From positions 154,737,800-154,801,271 of the forward strand of contig NC_068981.1 of assembly GCF_001194135.2 (NCBI RefSeq): DNA of 63,472 nt, given 5' to 3'. The notes under the pieces were generated by a model. It worked only from the letters and a program-made list of their open reading frames with translations. It was not told the origin of the DNA and ran no database searches. The stretch is from Octopus bimaculoides (taxonomy: Eukaryota). Below are positions 13,218 through 27,306 of the stretch, piece after piece. Within the stretch, counting starts at the first letter, position 1; every line of letters starts with the position of its first letter. A program made the position numbers and the translations under genes.

Positions 13218-13590
13218 ATGTGTGTGAGTTTGTGTGTATGTCTGTGTTTGTCCCCCCCAACATCACTTGACAACTGATGCTGGTTCAGCAAAAGAGACCA
13301 ATAGAATAAGTACAAGGCTTACAAAGAGTAAGTAGTGGGGTTGGTTTGCTCAACTAAAGGTGGTGCTCCAGCATGGCCGCAGTCAAATGACTGAAATAAG
13401 TAAAAGAGTAAAAGAATAAATAAATATATACGATGGGCTTCTTTCAGTTTCTGCTTACCAGTCCACTCAAAAGGCTTTTGTTGGTCTGAGGCTGTAGTAG
13501 TAGATACTTGTACAAGGTACTACACAGTGGAACTGAAACTAGAACCATGTGATTGGGAAGCAAACTTTTTACCACACCCACACTTGTGCC
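12760..13590. repeat. tRNA-derived SINE (family A, central (TG)n): plus-strand copy (about 12977-13420) nested inside a minus-strand copy
   Basis: Head ggcgcaggagtggctgtgtggtaagtagcttg with A/B-box-like motifs. The outer halves join like the intact minus copy at about 25440-25840. Other copies at about 15845-16000, 16352-16830, 35075-35240, 36015-36170, 47230-47390. Confidence 0.85.
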
Positions 13591-14237
13591 TATATATATA
13601 TATATATCATCATCATCATCATTTAACGTCCGTTTTCCATGCTGGCATGGGTTGGACAGTTTCACTGAGAACTGGTATGCTGGGGAGCTGTACCAGGTTC
13701 CAATCTGATGTGGCATGGTATCTATGGCTGGATGCCCTTCCTAACACCAACCACTCCAAGATTGTAATGGGTGCTTTTTACGTGCCATCAGCCACAATCC
13801 AACCCTTACTTGGCTTGACAGGTCTTCTCAAGCACAGTATATTGCCAAAGGTCTCTATCACTTGTCACTGCATCTGTGTTCAAATGGAGTTTTTTTATGT
13901 GCCAGTTATGCAACACTAGCATCATCCACAACTACAATTTCACTTGATCATGGCTGATGCCAGTGTCATGTAACAACGTGACATATATATATGTGTGTGT
14001 GTGTGTGTGTGTATACACACACACACACAAAGGGAAAGAGAGAAAAAGAAAGAAATTGCTTTACACTTGATTTAGACCTGATGCTATACATTAACACCAA
14101 ACACAGTGTCCATATCAAATGTACTTGAACTCTTTTTGCATTTTACTTAATACAGATTTCAGAAATAGACTTTCATACTTAAAAGAGAAAAGTAAAAATG
14201 AATTAAAAAAAAACGTTAAACCAAGTAAGCAACGTAC

Positions 14238-14355
14238 AGTGTAAGAGTCTTGCCAGTTCTGCATAGTCTCCAGTTATGGCAGCTGTGTGAAGAGCATTGG
14301 GGGAACACACTAGCATAGTATTCTGGCCAGGTACCAAATTTCTTTCCATTGGTTG
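14238..14355 (-). CDS. Coding exon of a probable ankyrin-repeat protein (first repeat, N-terminal)
   Basis: Strong acceptor ttttacttctttcag, a 118-nt exon and a GTACGT donor. Phase-0 translation QPMERNLVPGQNTMLVCSPNALHTAAITGDYAELARLLH fits the ankyrin helix pattern LHxAAxxGxxxxxxxLL. Confidence 0.6.
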
Positions 14356-14581
14356 CTGAAAGAAGTAAAATCAATATTGAATATAATTTCATTAAGAAAC
14401 TTCAATAAACATTATAAATAGCTCTATGTGTCTATCCTGTTTTACTATATTTGAGTATCAATTCTTTACTTCATACTTTAAAGATTATAGCTGATTACGT
14501 TCTATGGCTGTCAAGTAAATCTGACAATATAGGTGCTGCTCTACAATAACCATATGAGTAGCTTCAATTTCAATTACTTAC

Positions 14582-14584
14582 CAT
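14582..14584 (-). CDS. Putative start ATG at the 3' end of an upstream exon of the ankyrin gene
   Basis: AAATAAAATG|GTAAGT is a consensus donor. A 226-nt intron (14356-14581) joins it in phase 0 to the ankyrin frame. The 5' boundary of this exon is not determined. Confidence 0.5.
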
Positions 14585-16071
14585 TTTATTTGCCTCAAGC
14601 TTCAGTTCAAGTACAATAACAAAACAGTATCCCCACCACACTTCCTTGTTTACTGTTTTACATTCATTGAATCAATAAATTACTTTAGGATACAACCTTA
14701 AAACTAATATACATTTTTTTTTCACTACATAGTTCACTGATGAATAAGTAACACTATTCATCCTCATTCATGTATTTTACATAAACTTTAGAATTCCGTA
14801 AAGTTATGGCCATCTTCAAATGTGGATTTATAAACATAACAACATGGAAAAAGTAAAAAGATGGAAATAGGTTAACACAAGAGAAACTGTATAACCAATT
14901 TTTTATTGAATATATTTACATTTTAATTATGACTCTGTTGTCGAGATTAATAATGTTTATGCTATGTTCTTTCCTAAACAATAGTTTGAATAGACTAACA
15001 AATATTAAATTCAATTTTTAGCTTGGAAATAAAAGACTTTATATTATCTTTTTTAATTGAATGAATATTTCAATCTTCACAGCTGAGGGTTGGAGGTGTC
15101 CTAGACACAATCCATTCATTGTGGCTTCAGTATCTCTTCAGGATGGAGAAGAGTTGGTTGGCCTCAGGCATTTGTAGACAGTAAGGGTCTATGCTTGGAG
15201 TTGTCTTTTCCTTAGTCTGACGACCTTCCGAGGCTACTAAGCTCAGACTATCTGTTCAGTTATAACCACCAGTGTGCCTGTGGATGCAGTATTGCCTTCT
15301 TCTAGTGACATGCTTTAACAAAAGCTAAGGGGCACCTCACTCTCAGTGGTCTACAGCATGCCACAATCCAACCCAGAATTTCTAAATCATGGTTCTATTG
15401 CTAGATAGTCATTGACACTACTTTGGATTTGTCTGTCCCTTTGACAGGTATTACTTTTGTCCGGCTGGATTGCTTGCAATCCATCAATCTAATCATGCAA
15501 CAGGTTTGTACTAGACTATATACTACTTGTAATACATCGTTATCGTAACTCTGTTGTTAAGGCTATTAATTACTATCATCGTCATCATCATTTTAATGTC
15601 GGCATTTTGCAAGTTTACATGGGTCAGACAGAATTTGTTGAGTCAGATTTTCTGCAGTTGGATGCTCTTTGTGTCATCAATCCTCATCTGCTTCCTAAAT
15701 AAGGTAATATTTCCCCATGACCAGACAAGTTTTTCACAGAAGACTGGAGACAAAGGACACCACTATTTCATAGTGACACTCATTTACAACTATTATGTGA
15801 TGTCAGGACAAGGAGATACCAACTCTCTCTTACACACATAAAAATGGAGGGCTTCTTTCAGTTACTATCTACCAAATCTACTCTCATGACCTTGGCTCAC
15901 CTAGGACTATAGTTGAAGGCACTTGCCTAAGATGCCATACAGTGGAACTGAACCTGGAACAAAGTGATTGAGAAGCAAGCTTCTTAACGACATATCCATA
16001 ACTGTTCCTCAATGTGTGCATGTGCAAGCATGTGTGTGCATGTGCAAGCATGTGTGTGCATGCTTATTTGT

Positions 16072-16117
<46 letters not shown>

Positions 16118-16522
16118 GCACACACGCACACACACACACACACACACTCACTCACACACACACACACACACACACAACGATTATATTATATTCTTTCTCG
16201 AAACAATACTTTGAATATTCTAATAACAAATATTGAATTTAATTTATAGGTTTGAAATGATGGATTTATTTTATTTTCTTTAATTAATATCAATATTTAT
16301 TATGTGCTTTTTTTTCTATTTGTTCACTTATATATATTTTCCCTATATTAACAGGTGCAGGTGTGGCTATGTGGTTAGAAGTATGCTTCCCAGCCAAATG
16401 GCTCCGGGTTCAAGATTCAGTCCCAATATATGGCACTTTGGGATAGTGTCTCCTACTATAGCCTCAGGCTGACCAAAGCCTTGTGACTGGATTTAGTAGA
16501 TGGAAACTTAAAGAAGCCTGTT

Positions 16523-16590
<68 letters not shown>

Positions 16591-16591
16591 A

Positions 16592-16626
<35 letters not shown>

Positions 16627-17874
16627 TTATCTCCTACCACCACTTGACAACTGGAGCTAGCATGTTTACAACCCTGTAACTTAGTGGTTCAGCAAAAGAC
16701 CAACAGAATAAGTATCAGGCTTAAAAAAGTTCTGGGGTTGATTTGTTTGGCTAAAATCCTTCATGGTGGTGCCCCAGCATGGTAGTAGTCTAATGACTGA
16801 AACAAATAAAAGATTAAAGAAAAAAAGATAATACACACAAGTACAAGCATAAACTTGTGATTAAAGAAGTTCATCTCAGAAGCACATGATTCCGAGCTCA
16901 ATCCCGCTGCATGACACATTGAGCAAGTGTCTCCTACTGTAGAGAGTGTAGTGGGTGCCTTTTATGTGCCACGAGCACAGGAGCCAGGCAGGTGGCCCTA
17001 GCATTGATCATGTTCAGATAGTGCTTTTTACATGCCACTGGTATGGGAGCCAGTCAGGGAACACTGGCATTACCTTCCTAACCGCTCCTACTAACAGCAT
17101 TACCCAGTTATATTTCTTTCAGACATTTCACTCTGCATATAATGACTGCAGACATGGCTATGTGGTTAAAAGGTTTACCAGAAAACATTATTGTCTCAGG
17201 TTCAATTTCACTATATGGCACACTAAGTAAATATCTTTGATTAAAGCCTTGGATCAACCAATGTCTCATGGGAAACATTTGGTAGAAGAAAACTGCAGAA
17301 ACAATTATATGTATAACTGCATATATGTTCGCATCACAGTCAATGTGTCAGTTGATTTTCAAACTTGACACTCTGCTGAATTCCAGAATAAGTAGGAAAT
17401 GGCAAACCCCCACATTAAAATCCATGTGAACTAAAAATAGATCAGTCAATAAGAATAAAGTTAGGTCATCAGTGCACAATTAGAATGATTATAAGCATCT
17501 TCTCACAGATAGTAATACATTTTAGATGCTGCTTTGAATATTTCTTACAATTTTTTTTCTAATTCAAAAATTGTTTTTCAATATGTAACTCGCCATATCC
17601 AATCACTTCCAGTGACAAAAGACAATGGCAAAGATTGTTTACAACTGATTACAAAGATTGCTTACAACTGTTTACAATAATTTTCAGCTGATAAGGTATT
17701 GCAACTTTTAGAAGATTCTAATGAAGTTCAATGAAAATTCAATCAAGTGTATTCAAAAGTTAGTTGAAGATGAAAGAGTTTAAGCTGCAAGTGTTAATAA
17801 AGCATTTCTAATGAAGGGGCATGGTTCTCAATCAACTAATAATAGTGGTGATGCAATACTGATATCAGATAGAA

Positions 17875-18215
17875 CAGGGGTTCTCAACCATTTTTTATTG
17901 ATTGACCCCTTTGATTACTATGCTATTCTGGTGAACCCCCATAGCCATTCTATGTTTAAAAACTAGTTTTATAGAAACTTCTTTCAAAATACCTATTTAC
18001 CCATTAACTTGTGTAGGTTGAACTAATTAAAATGTTTGAGAAAGAAATGTAGCTGTTTCTTGCAATATATATCAATGCATACACCTAAAGCAAAATTTTT
18101 TCAGGGGCCCTTAAAAGACTATTGTGGATTCCCAATTTACTATTTTGTTGTGTGAACCCCCAAAAGTCTTATATGGACTTTCAGAGGCCATATGGACCCT
18201 GGTTGAGAATCACTG
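17875..18215. mobile_element. hAT (Charlie-like) MITE
   Basis: TIRs CAGGGGTTCTCAACC / GGTTGAGAATCACTG with an 8-bp TSD agatagaa/agatagac (7/8, central TA). Confidence 0.85.
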
Positions 18216-20269
18216 AGATAGACAGACAGCCAATTCCAGATAATATTCTGAGTAATTTTCAGTCAACCCCATTTTTTATTTCAGAGAGCTGTGTGGATTT
18301 GGGTAGCACTAGTTATCTTCCTGAGCACAACGATGATAAGTTTACTTCATACGCTGACATCCATTTTGTAATTTTCAAAACTACAAAATATATGAGACAT
18401 TAGTCCTCTGTCTTGCCAGCTGTTGTCAAACCAGCCAATCCTGCCAGCATGGAAAATTTACATTAAGAGGTGATGATAATGCTAAAACATTAAAGTTAGC
18501 AAAATTTCAAATTAAATTTTCTTTTCATTCGTTTACTAGAGTTGGGGATAATTATATGGCATCCATTTGCTTTTCAGTTTAATCTTTCTCAAAAACCTAA
18601 TGGCTTGAAGAAAATCACCAGCTTTGGCATCATCATCGTAATATATACTTTTTTTTTTTTTTTTTTGCATATACTTTATACAGAATAAATTGCAGGACAA
18701 GAAATGTTTCTCTCAAAATTGTATTCTTAGAAACAGAAAACTCATATATAAGGGAATTTAATACACCATTTACTCCAAATTTACCCCTGCAGTTATATGT
18801 CTGATTTAAAACTGGTTTTCTTTGAATATGCTGGACAATAAATTAAAAAAAACAAAAGGTCACATATTAAAATGTTTAGTTTTTAACTTCATAATTCTCT
18901 TTTATTAATGTTTCCACAGGTAAGACGCTTGCTTATACTTTGAATTATTGGTTGACAAATAATGATTAGAAAAAGTCTTTATCAATATTATTTTGACATC
19001 ATCTAAAAACATAGAATAACTATAAGAAAAAAAGCTGATGAAATAACTTAGTAAGTGTGTACAAAATTTCTTTTTACAAAATAGGAAGGAAGCATCTTAA
19101 AAATAAAGGACAAACTATCTGAATTAATCTATTTATGTCTCATTAAATAATCATTAATATAAATGAATTATCGATAATATATTATCAAAAATAACACAGT
19201 TTAAATTACCTGAAATTGTCACATGAGATCATTATTAAGAACAACAGCTATAAAATACTCTCAAAAAAAAAGTAAATAAAAATAATTTTGCTAATTTGGT
19301 TTTCAGACAGTACTAAAAGATGCATGAGTCTAAAAGTAGATTTTCTTAAATGGCTCTGGAAAGGAAGAAAAAAAAATATTTCTTGAATTCCTAAGAGTGA
19401 AGAAACAGAAAATGGAAACTTTCAGACAGACATAAATAGACAGATTGTTTTAAAAGATTATGAATTGTAACAAAGTTTAAGACCTCAAGAGAGATTTTCT
19501 TACTTTTTATAATTCATAATTGTAGAAAAAAATGAGTCCATATCTGTTAAAACTCATAGCAAGCTAGAATGTTTGCTAATGCTCAACCAAGACAAAGGAA
19601 TGTGATAAAATGTGACATACCTAAAATAGATGTGTCATCAGTATCTACTTAGAATTTCCTATTTTTAAACTCTTCTATATGGAGGGCATCTAAATACCAT
19701 AATAACTTTTAAGAATCTTATAGCACACTGACATTACGGCAATTGTTATATTATTTAATGCATTTACCAGCATTGACCACTTAAGATTTAAATCATCTTC
19801 CCAAAACCTTCAATTGTATTTTGTGGAGAAGTGTTCAATACTTTTGTGGACTTGATAACAAAAATTTTCTCATAAACTTTGAGTAAGTTTTCTGAATTGT
19901 GAATATCTATTAAAGCTAAAGAAGATTACTGAAAAATTCAATTGTGAATTATTTGTAGCAAAAGAAAATATTAAGTCCCATTCTCAGATCATATGAATGG
20001 CTTCCCATTTCAAGAATCTTTACAATGATTAAAATAATGAGTTCAAGTACTATCACTTAGAAACTGCTTCCAGACAACAAAACAACAGAAATACTGTATC
20101 AATAGGATTGGTGTTAGGTGTCAAACTTTACATGTAGTTAGTATTGCTGGGTTCAAATTTTCCTATAAACTACAGATGGAAATAATTTGAATTACAGGTG
20201 AGATTTATAGGCTCTAGGTACTTGGCAAATTGAATACACAACAGAGATCCTCAGGGGTTAGATTTCATT

Positions 20270-20321
<52 letters not shown>

Positions 20322-20415
20322 NNNNNNNNNNNNNNNNNNNNNNNNNNNNNNNNNNNNNNNNNNNNNNNNNNNNNNNNNNNNNNNNNNNNNNNNNNNNNNN
20401 NNNNNNNNNNNNNNN

Positions 20416-20466
<51 letters not shown>

Positions 20467-22624
20467 TTTCAATCCTATTGCCATTTCATTGTAATTTAGG
20501 ATTTGTACCTGCCCGGAGAAAGCTACAAAAAATTGTTTTATTGTACCCTCCAATTTGGAACTGGATATACTACTAGTTATACATAATGAAATAGAGAATA
20601 TTGTTCTCATCTATGGATAACATCCCCTTCATCAATGTCTGATATTCTAGACAGCATCAGAAAAATGTCTGGCAAACTTTCATCTATTATTGGTCTCCAG
20701 CTTTTAGCTTATCATTATTAATTTATGTCTTAGCTTTCATATGGCAGAATTTTCATCAACACAATTCCTTTATCTTGGAGAAAGAGAGTGTTTATGTTTC
20801 ATAGAAGCCAAATCTTATCATTACAATGTGAATAGCGTCAGATAAATTAATGTATTTATTATATAAAAATGATGAGAGAAACATCAGGTGATTTGGTGAA
20901 TATTTTCCGGCTACCAAAAATTCTGTGTCAACAAGTACGGCCAGTTTGACCAAATAGCCTTTGTGTCATGGCCAGGTTTGGTTAGTTGAAAAGGTAAAGG
21001 ATTAGACAATATGCAAGTAGTTTATGCAAAAAAAAAAAAGAATAGTTTAAATATATCTCAGTATGATATACCATATTTATTTGTATCACAATATGCTCTT
21101 ATGTATAATGCACAACTATTTATGGACAATGTAATGCCAGAAGAAATTTATCTCTTCTTTAAGATGACTGGTTTTTCTTTAAGGTAATCTTCATGGAAAG
21201 TGGTATCATCAAAAATAAGACTAGTAATAGTGGAGAATGTAAAATAATTTGAGTTTCCTGAATTACTGAAGGGAATAAATAAATGCCTCAAAATATATGA
21301 ATGGTACACTACATTCTTATAATTTATGCTCTTGATTTTTTTTTCAAAACAGCTTTGGATTTCTAAGTTTTGAACAGGAATCATTCCATCTTACATCTTG
21401 TAATGTATATATGGCTATTTTGAGCTAGTTTAACTCTTGTCATAGGATAGACTTACATCTCTATTCAAATATTTCTCTTTCGAAATAACAGTATTTTTGT
21501 CTACTTTTTATAAAATGTTACCTGTGAACTTTAAACCGTCGGCCATAAAAGTGCATGTGTTATACAAAGTCAATGCACAATTTTTTTTTTCTAGAAAATC
21601 AATTTGATTTTGATAATTCTACTGTATATACTCAGTTTTATGATGTTTTATTATAGAACAGGTGTTTCATCAAGGATTTTTAAAACCACTCTAAATATTT
21701 TATTGCACATTTACAAAAACAAAAATCGGTCTTCAGATTTTTATGTTTAAACATCAGCAATATATTTGAACATGCATGCTAACACCATAATGTTTGCAGA
21801 AAATATGCTGTCCCCTAGTCAATATAAATACATCAGTAAAAAGAGTAAATTTCAGTAACAACACAAATAGCTGCCTGAGCGGATACACTGCCTACTGTCT
21901 GCCTCCATCAAAAGGTAGTACAAAGATGTACTGCAAACTATGGTGGCTGAGCAGCAAGCTATTTTATGTGTGGCACAATAGATGTAGAGTTAAAGTCATG
22001 CACATCAACACACAAAGCCAATAATAAACTTAAGGTGACTAACACTGACACTTACCCAAATGCTACAAAAAAAAAACCTAATACCAAACATAGTACTTGT
22101 GGAAATACACATACCAAAATATGTTATATTCTGTACTGACAGGAAAGAAAAAATGTCATGGTGGAGTTGCTATGCTGTCTATGATGTTGTCACATCCTTA
22201 ATCCTGCTGTCACACTTCAACTCAGTTTACAACACATTAATAGTACACATAAAGCAAATCAATGTAGCTCTATGTACAATATCTCACATCCATCAGCAGT
22301 CTCAAATCATGATGGTAAATTTCAAAATAGCCTTAAAAAAATAGAAAAATGAACCAATCAATGTTGATGCAAGCAAGCTGTTACTTTGATCAACTGTTTT
22401 TTTCAAACAACTGTTTTTGGTCAATTGTTCTTCAACTGTTTTTGACAAATTGACACCCAGAAACAAAGTTTTTGCTTCTTTCTACATAACTTTGAAAAAA
22501 TATTGTAATGGAATAGTTGTACAATTGTATAGTATATAAGTATATATAGAGTCTCTACGATTATGTATAGAGTGCTTTTGCTGAGTTGTAGTTTCCTTGA
22601 ATTTTCTTTGAGAACTATAAATAA

Positions 22625-22665
<41 letters not shown>

Positions 22666-22675
22666 NNNNNNNNNN

Positions 22676-22715
<40 letters not shown>

Positions 22716-24179
22716 ACACGCACACTACATATACACACATAGATATTCTAATTTTCTGTCTTGTACGCCTCATCTCTCTCTTCCTCTCCTTTTCTCAACA
22801 TAAAGATATACTGGTATAGTTTGTGCACTAAATTCTAATGTACACAATAACAATGACAGAACAATACATGAACATTTCTAATTATATCTCTGTCGTGAAG
22901 ATGAAACAAAAGTGCTAAGATAAGATAAGATAGGTTAAGCTAATAATTGCTAATAATTGCTAATAATATCGTTAATGTTATTGTGGTTGATTGGAAGAAT
23001 TGTTAGAACATCTGACAAAATGCCTTATGGTATTTGTTCCATTTCTTTACATTCTGTATTCAAATCCCACCAATGTCGACTTTGCCTTTCATCTCTCAAG
23101 AGTCAATAAAATAAAGTACCAGTTAAGTACTAGTGCCAATATAATTGACTAATGCCTCTTTCCCAAATTTTTGACTTTGTGCCAATTTTACAAACAATTA
23201 TTATTATTAATTATCATATTCAGTTCCATACTTATAGTCGCACTTATTTATTACAAGCAGTACTCACGGGAATGCCAAGGTTATTTTTGAAAACTACAAG
23301 TTTGTTGGAAATTTATAGAGAAGCATGAACTATATAATTTCTTTAAGAAATTGAATTTTCTCAGAAGTGTTTTATTCTTGATATACCGCATAGGTAGTAT
23401 TAAATATGAAGTCTTTAGAGAGAACATTTTTGAAAAATATATGCCTTGCTATACACTTGCCACTTATTCTACCTTGGGAGTTGTATCTATGATTTTTATC
23501 TTCATGTCAAGAATTAAACAACCTTAATTTAGAATAAGATCAAAAACATAATCGATCTATAATATTTTTCTGTTCTGGTACAGCTATGTGATAAAGCTTT
23601 ACTAAATCTCACTATGCTGTACTATATCCTTATTTTCATAACAGAGAAAACTGTACATGGCCAGACTTGAACCCAGAGTCACAGTGGGGAAAAAAAAAAA
23701 AAGAAAAAAAAAAGAACAGCAGCTGTCCTACTGATCTGTGTATTCTGAAAAACAATTAAACTACTTATATATATAATACTTAATTTAAAACATTTATTTT
23801 TATCAGCCAGTTGTCATAGAAATAAAGTGATGAATCTGTAACAGATTATGTACTCAGTTTCCTTCCATGGCTTTTCAATCAACTGGTTCGTGAATAATAT
23901 AAATGTTGTGTGTATAATAGATTACGTTCGATTTCACTTCATAGATAAAAGATAACATACGTAGACAGTAATAGAATATTATAGATTGTCAAAAGTCCCC
24001 ACCTCTTTCTTGCTCTCTCTCTCTCTCTCTCTGGAGCACTCAAGTATACCGACAGAATCATCCAGGCAAGCAAGTTAAGCTAATAATTACTGGTAGCATT
24101 ATCATTATTATTACTAACCATCATATTTTAAGCAGGCAAATCTCTGCCAGCAAGAAAGGGATTCTGTCTTTTGGTGAAG

Positions 24180-24620
24180 GGTATTCTGAAAGACTGCAAC
24201 AACACACCTTGCACACAGTTGTGTAGAAGGTGTAATGTTGCTGGGGAGAAAACTTGGAAATAGAATGGCGAGAATGAGAAAAAACTGGAAAAAAATGAGG
24301 CAGGAATTTTATGTTGGATGTGCAATGTTAAGGTGCATGACTGACAGAGCATAAATAAGCTAAAAGAAAAACTGTGTATTAGAAGAAGCAGCTACAGAGG
24401 GTATGATAGAAGTGGAATTTGTACAGACATGTGATGCACATGTGGGATGACAACTGGATACAGAAGTGCCACTTGATCCAAGTAAAAAGAGCCTGCAGAA
24501 GATAAAGACATGATAAGAAGTGATGAAAGCTGATCTTAGGATACAAATGCATGATTGCCTTGGACAGTACTTCTTAAGGAGAGAGAATAGCATTGCTTCT
24601 AACTTTAAATGATAATGATC
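24180..24620 (+). mobile_element. RTE-clade LINE 3' fragment
   Basis: Degenerate translation ..KWNLYRHVMHMWDDNWIQKCHLIQVKRACRR resembles the RTE C-terminal RLRWYGHVMRM..GR region. Confidence 0.65.
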
Positions 24621-27274
24621 ATCATCATTTATTGCCCATTGTCCATGCTGGCATGGGTTGGACAGTTTGACTGGGCTGGCATGCTGGAAGGTTGCATCAG
24701 ACTCCAGTCTGATTTGGCATGGTTTTCTATGGCTGGATGCCCTTCCTAACACCAACCACTTCGAGAGTGTATTGGGTGCTTTTATGTGCCATTTGCATGA
24801 CACCAGGGTAAGTTTATGTGCCACTGGCAGGAGTGCCAATTTGCGTGACACCAGTATCTGCTATGACTGTGATTTTACTCGGCTTGATGGGTCCTCTTCT
24901 CAAGAATGACATAATGCCAAGGTCTTGGTCATTGCCTCAATGGGGCCCAACACTTGAAAAGAACTCAGCCACTTTGTCTCCGTGATGCCCAATGCTCAAA
25001 AGATGTTCTTTATGTGCCACCAGCACGGGTGTTCTTGGTTTGATGGGTCCTCTCAAGCACAGCACATTACCAAAGGTCTCAGTCACCAGTCATTGCCTCT
25101 ATAAGGCTCAAAGTTCGAAGATCATGCTTCACCACCTCTTCCCATGTCTTCATGGCTCTACCTCTACTACAGAGATCAGCACTTCTTTGCACAGCTGTCC
25201 TCCCTTTATATTAAAGAGTGGAGAGCATACACATAATATATTTCTATATAACTTTTTTATTTTTTTTATATTCTTTCGGGATGAAGTTCTCTCATCTTGA
25301 GATGTTAAACCTAATGAAGGTAATAATGAGTTACTGCAAGTGGCTGGACATGACGCTGGAGAAAATCCATTCAAATCCTGCAAGTATGGGAAAATGGACA
25401 TAAACATGCTGATGATATGCAATATTTACACAGACTCATATGAATTCTGCGATATAAATTCCTTTATTCTTTTGCTCGTTTCAGTCATTTGACAGCAACC
25501 ATGCTAGAGCACTGCCTTTAGTCAAACAAATCAACCCCAGTACTTATTCTTTGTATGCCTGGTACTTATTCTATCAGTCTCTTTTGCCAAACCGCTAAGT
25601 TATGGGGATGCAAGCACACCAACATCAGTTGTCAAACATTGGTATGGGGACAAACACAGACACACACACACATATACATGACGGGCTTCTTTCAGTTCCC
25701 ATCTACCAAATCCACTCACAAGGCTTTGGTCAGCCTGAGGCTATAGTAGAAGACACTTGCCCAAGGTTCCATGCAGTGGGACTGAACCCAGGGTCATGTC
25801 GTTGGGATCAAGCTTCTTACCACACAACCATGCCTATGCCAATGTATATTCTTTACACACATCTCTACCTCAGACTGGCCAGAAAATTAAGCTGTTAAAC
25901 AACAGTTACCCTTCCTAAGCTATACCCTCACAGATTAACGTACACCAACACTTAATGACATCCTGGCCTTCCAAGACTGTGAATTTGGCAAGGACATGAT
26001 AAATCAGGGAAGGAAGTCTGATATATTTGTTATCTACAAACCCAGTTCCACAATTTTTTTTTTTGTAGCAGATTCTCAAAACTCTAACAAATAACTTTTA
26101 TGGTCTGATGAGAATGATTGGGGATAACTGAACCATTAATTAATTAATTGATTGATTCTGCATCCACATGATGCAGAAGTAGTTCCTCAGGCCATTTGAA
26201 ACATACATAAGTGAATAAAGTTATGTAAGAACATAATTCTTCAGTCTTTGTTTAAGACACACACACATACATTATCATCATTATCATCATCATTTAATGT
26301 CCATCCTCCATCTGGCATAAGCAAGATGGGTTGACAGGAGCTAGACAAGCCAAAGAAGTGTACCAGGTTCCATTGTCTGCTTTGGCATGGTTTCTATGGC
26401 TGGATGCCCATCCTAACTCCAACCATTTTACAGAGTGTACTGGCTGCTTTTTACACAGCACCAGCACCAGAAGGGGTCAACAAGTAACTTGTGAGATGAA
26501 GACCTCTCAGCTGGAAGAGGCAGTGGAATTGAAGGAGGTGGTTTTGTGCCAAACGAGAGTTTTAAAGTATAATAGAGGGATAGAGGTAGGTGTCTTACTA
26601 TAGAGGAGATACTTGGCTACTCTTGTAGGAGAGGAAGGAGAGTTAGAGAGAAAGATAGAGAGAGACAGCATGAGAAAGAAAGATAGAGAGAGACAGCATG
26701 AGAGAGAAAAATAGATGATTGAACAGTGGGGAGAATATAAGTGGCACAGAGGGGATAGAGGGAGATGTTCCATAAGAGTGTGAGGGGAGATGTTTAGAGA
26801 TGGGGAAGAGGTGACTGTAGCAAGTGATGGTGAGGGAAACTGGAGTGGTTGGAAGAGCTTTGGAGAGTATGTGGGCAGGCAGGTGAGGGATAGTGGATGG
26901 GCCTGCAGCAGGTGATAATCATGGGTGGTGGGACATGGGTTTTCGGGAAAATGGGTTGCAGATGAGTTTTGACAGAGGACAGAACTGTATGGATGGCCAC
27001 AATTTTACTTAGCTTGATGTGTCTTCTCAAGCACAGCAAACCAGATATATATAAAACAAATAATAAATGAGTATATGCATATATACGTACAAGTATGTGC
27101 ATACCTACATCTACCTGTATATATAGGTGCATATCTGGGTACAGGACGTTGCAAACAAAACGTAGACAAAAAAATAATAATAACCAGAGTACAGAAAACA
27201 CACAGGCCACATAGAGAACATTTTCCTCCATCAGCTGCCACCATTCTAACACAGGCGTTTCGAAGAGTTAGGGC

Positions 27275-27306
<32 letters not shown>

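Noticed and set aside
19300-22450. AT-rich stretch with coding-like texture, possibly a decayed DNA transposon
   Set aside because: No motif, TIR pair or TSD could be assigned by eye; it needs an HMM search.
27225-27280. CTCTTC-GAAAC-GCCT-GTG followed by CTGATGGAGG on the minus strand
   Set aside because: Position 17 is G, CUGAUGA is incomplete, there is no stem I, and the 5' half would lie in the microsatellite or gap.
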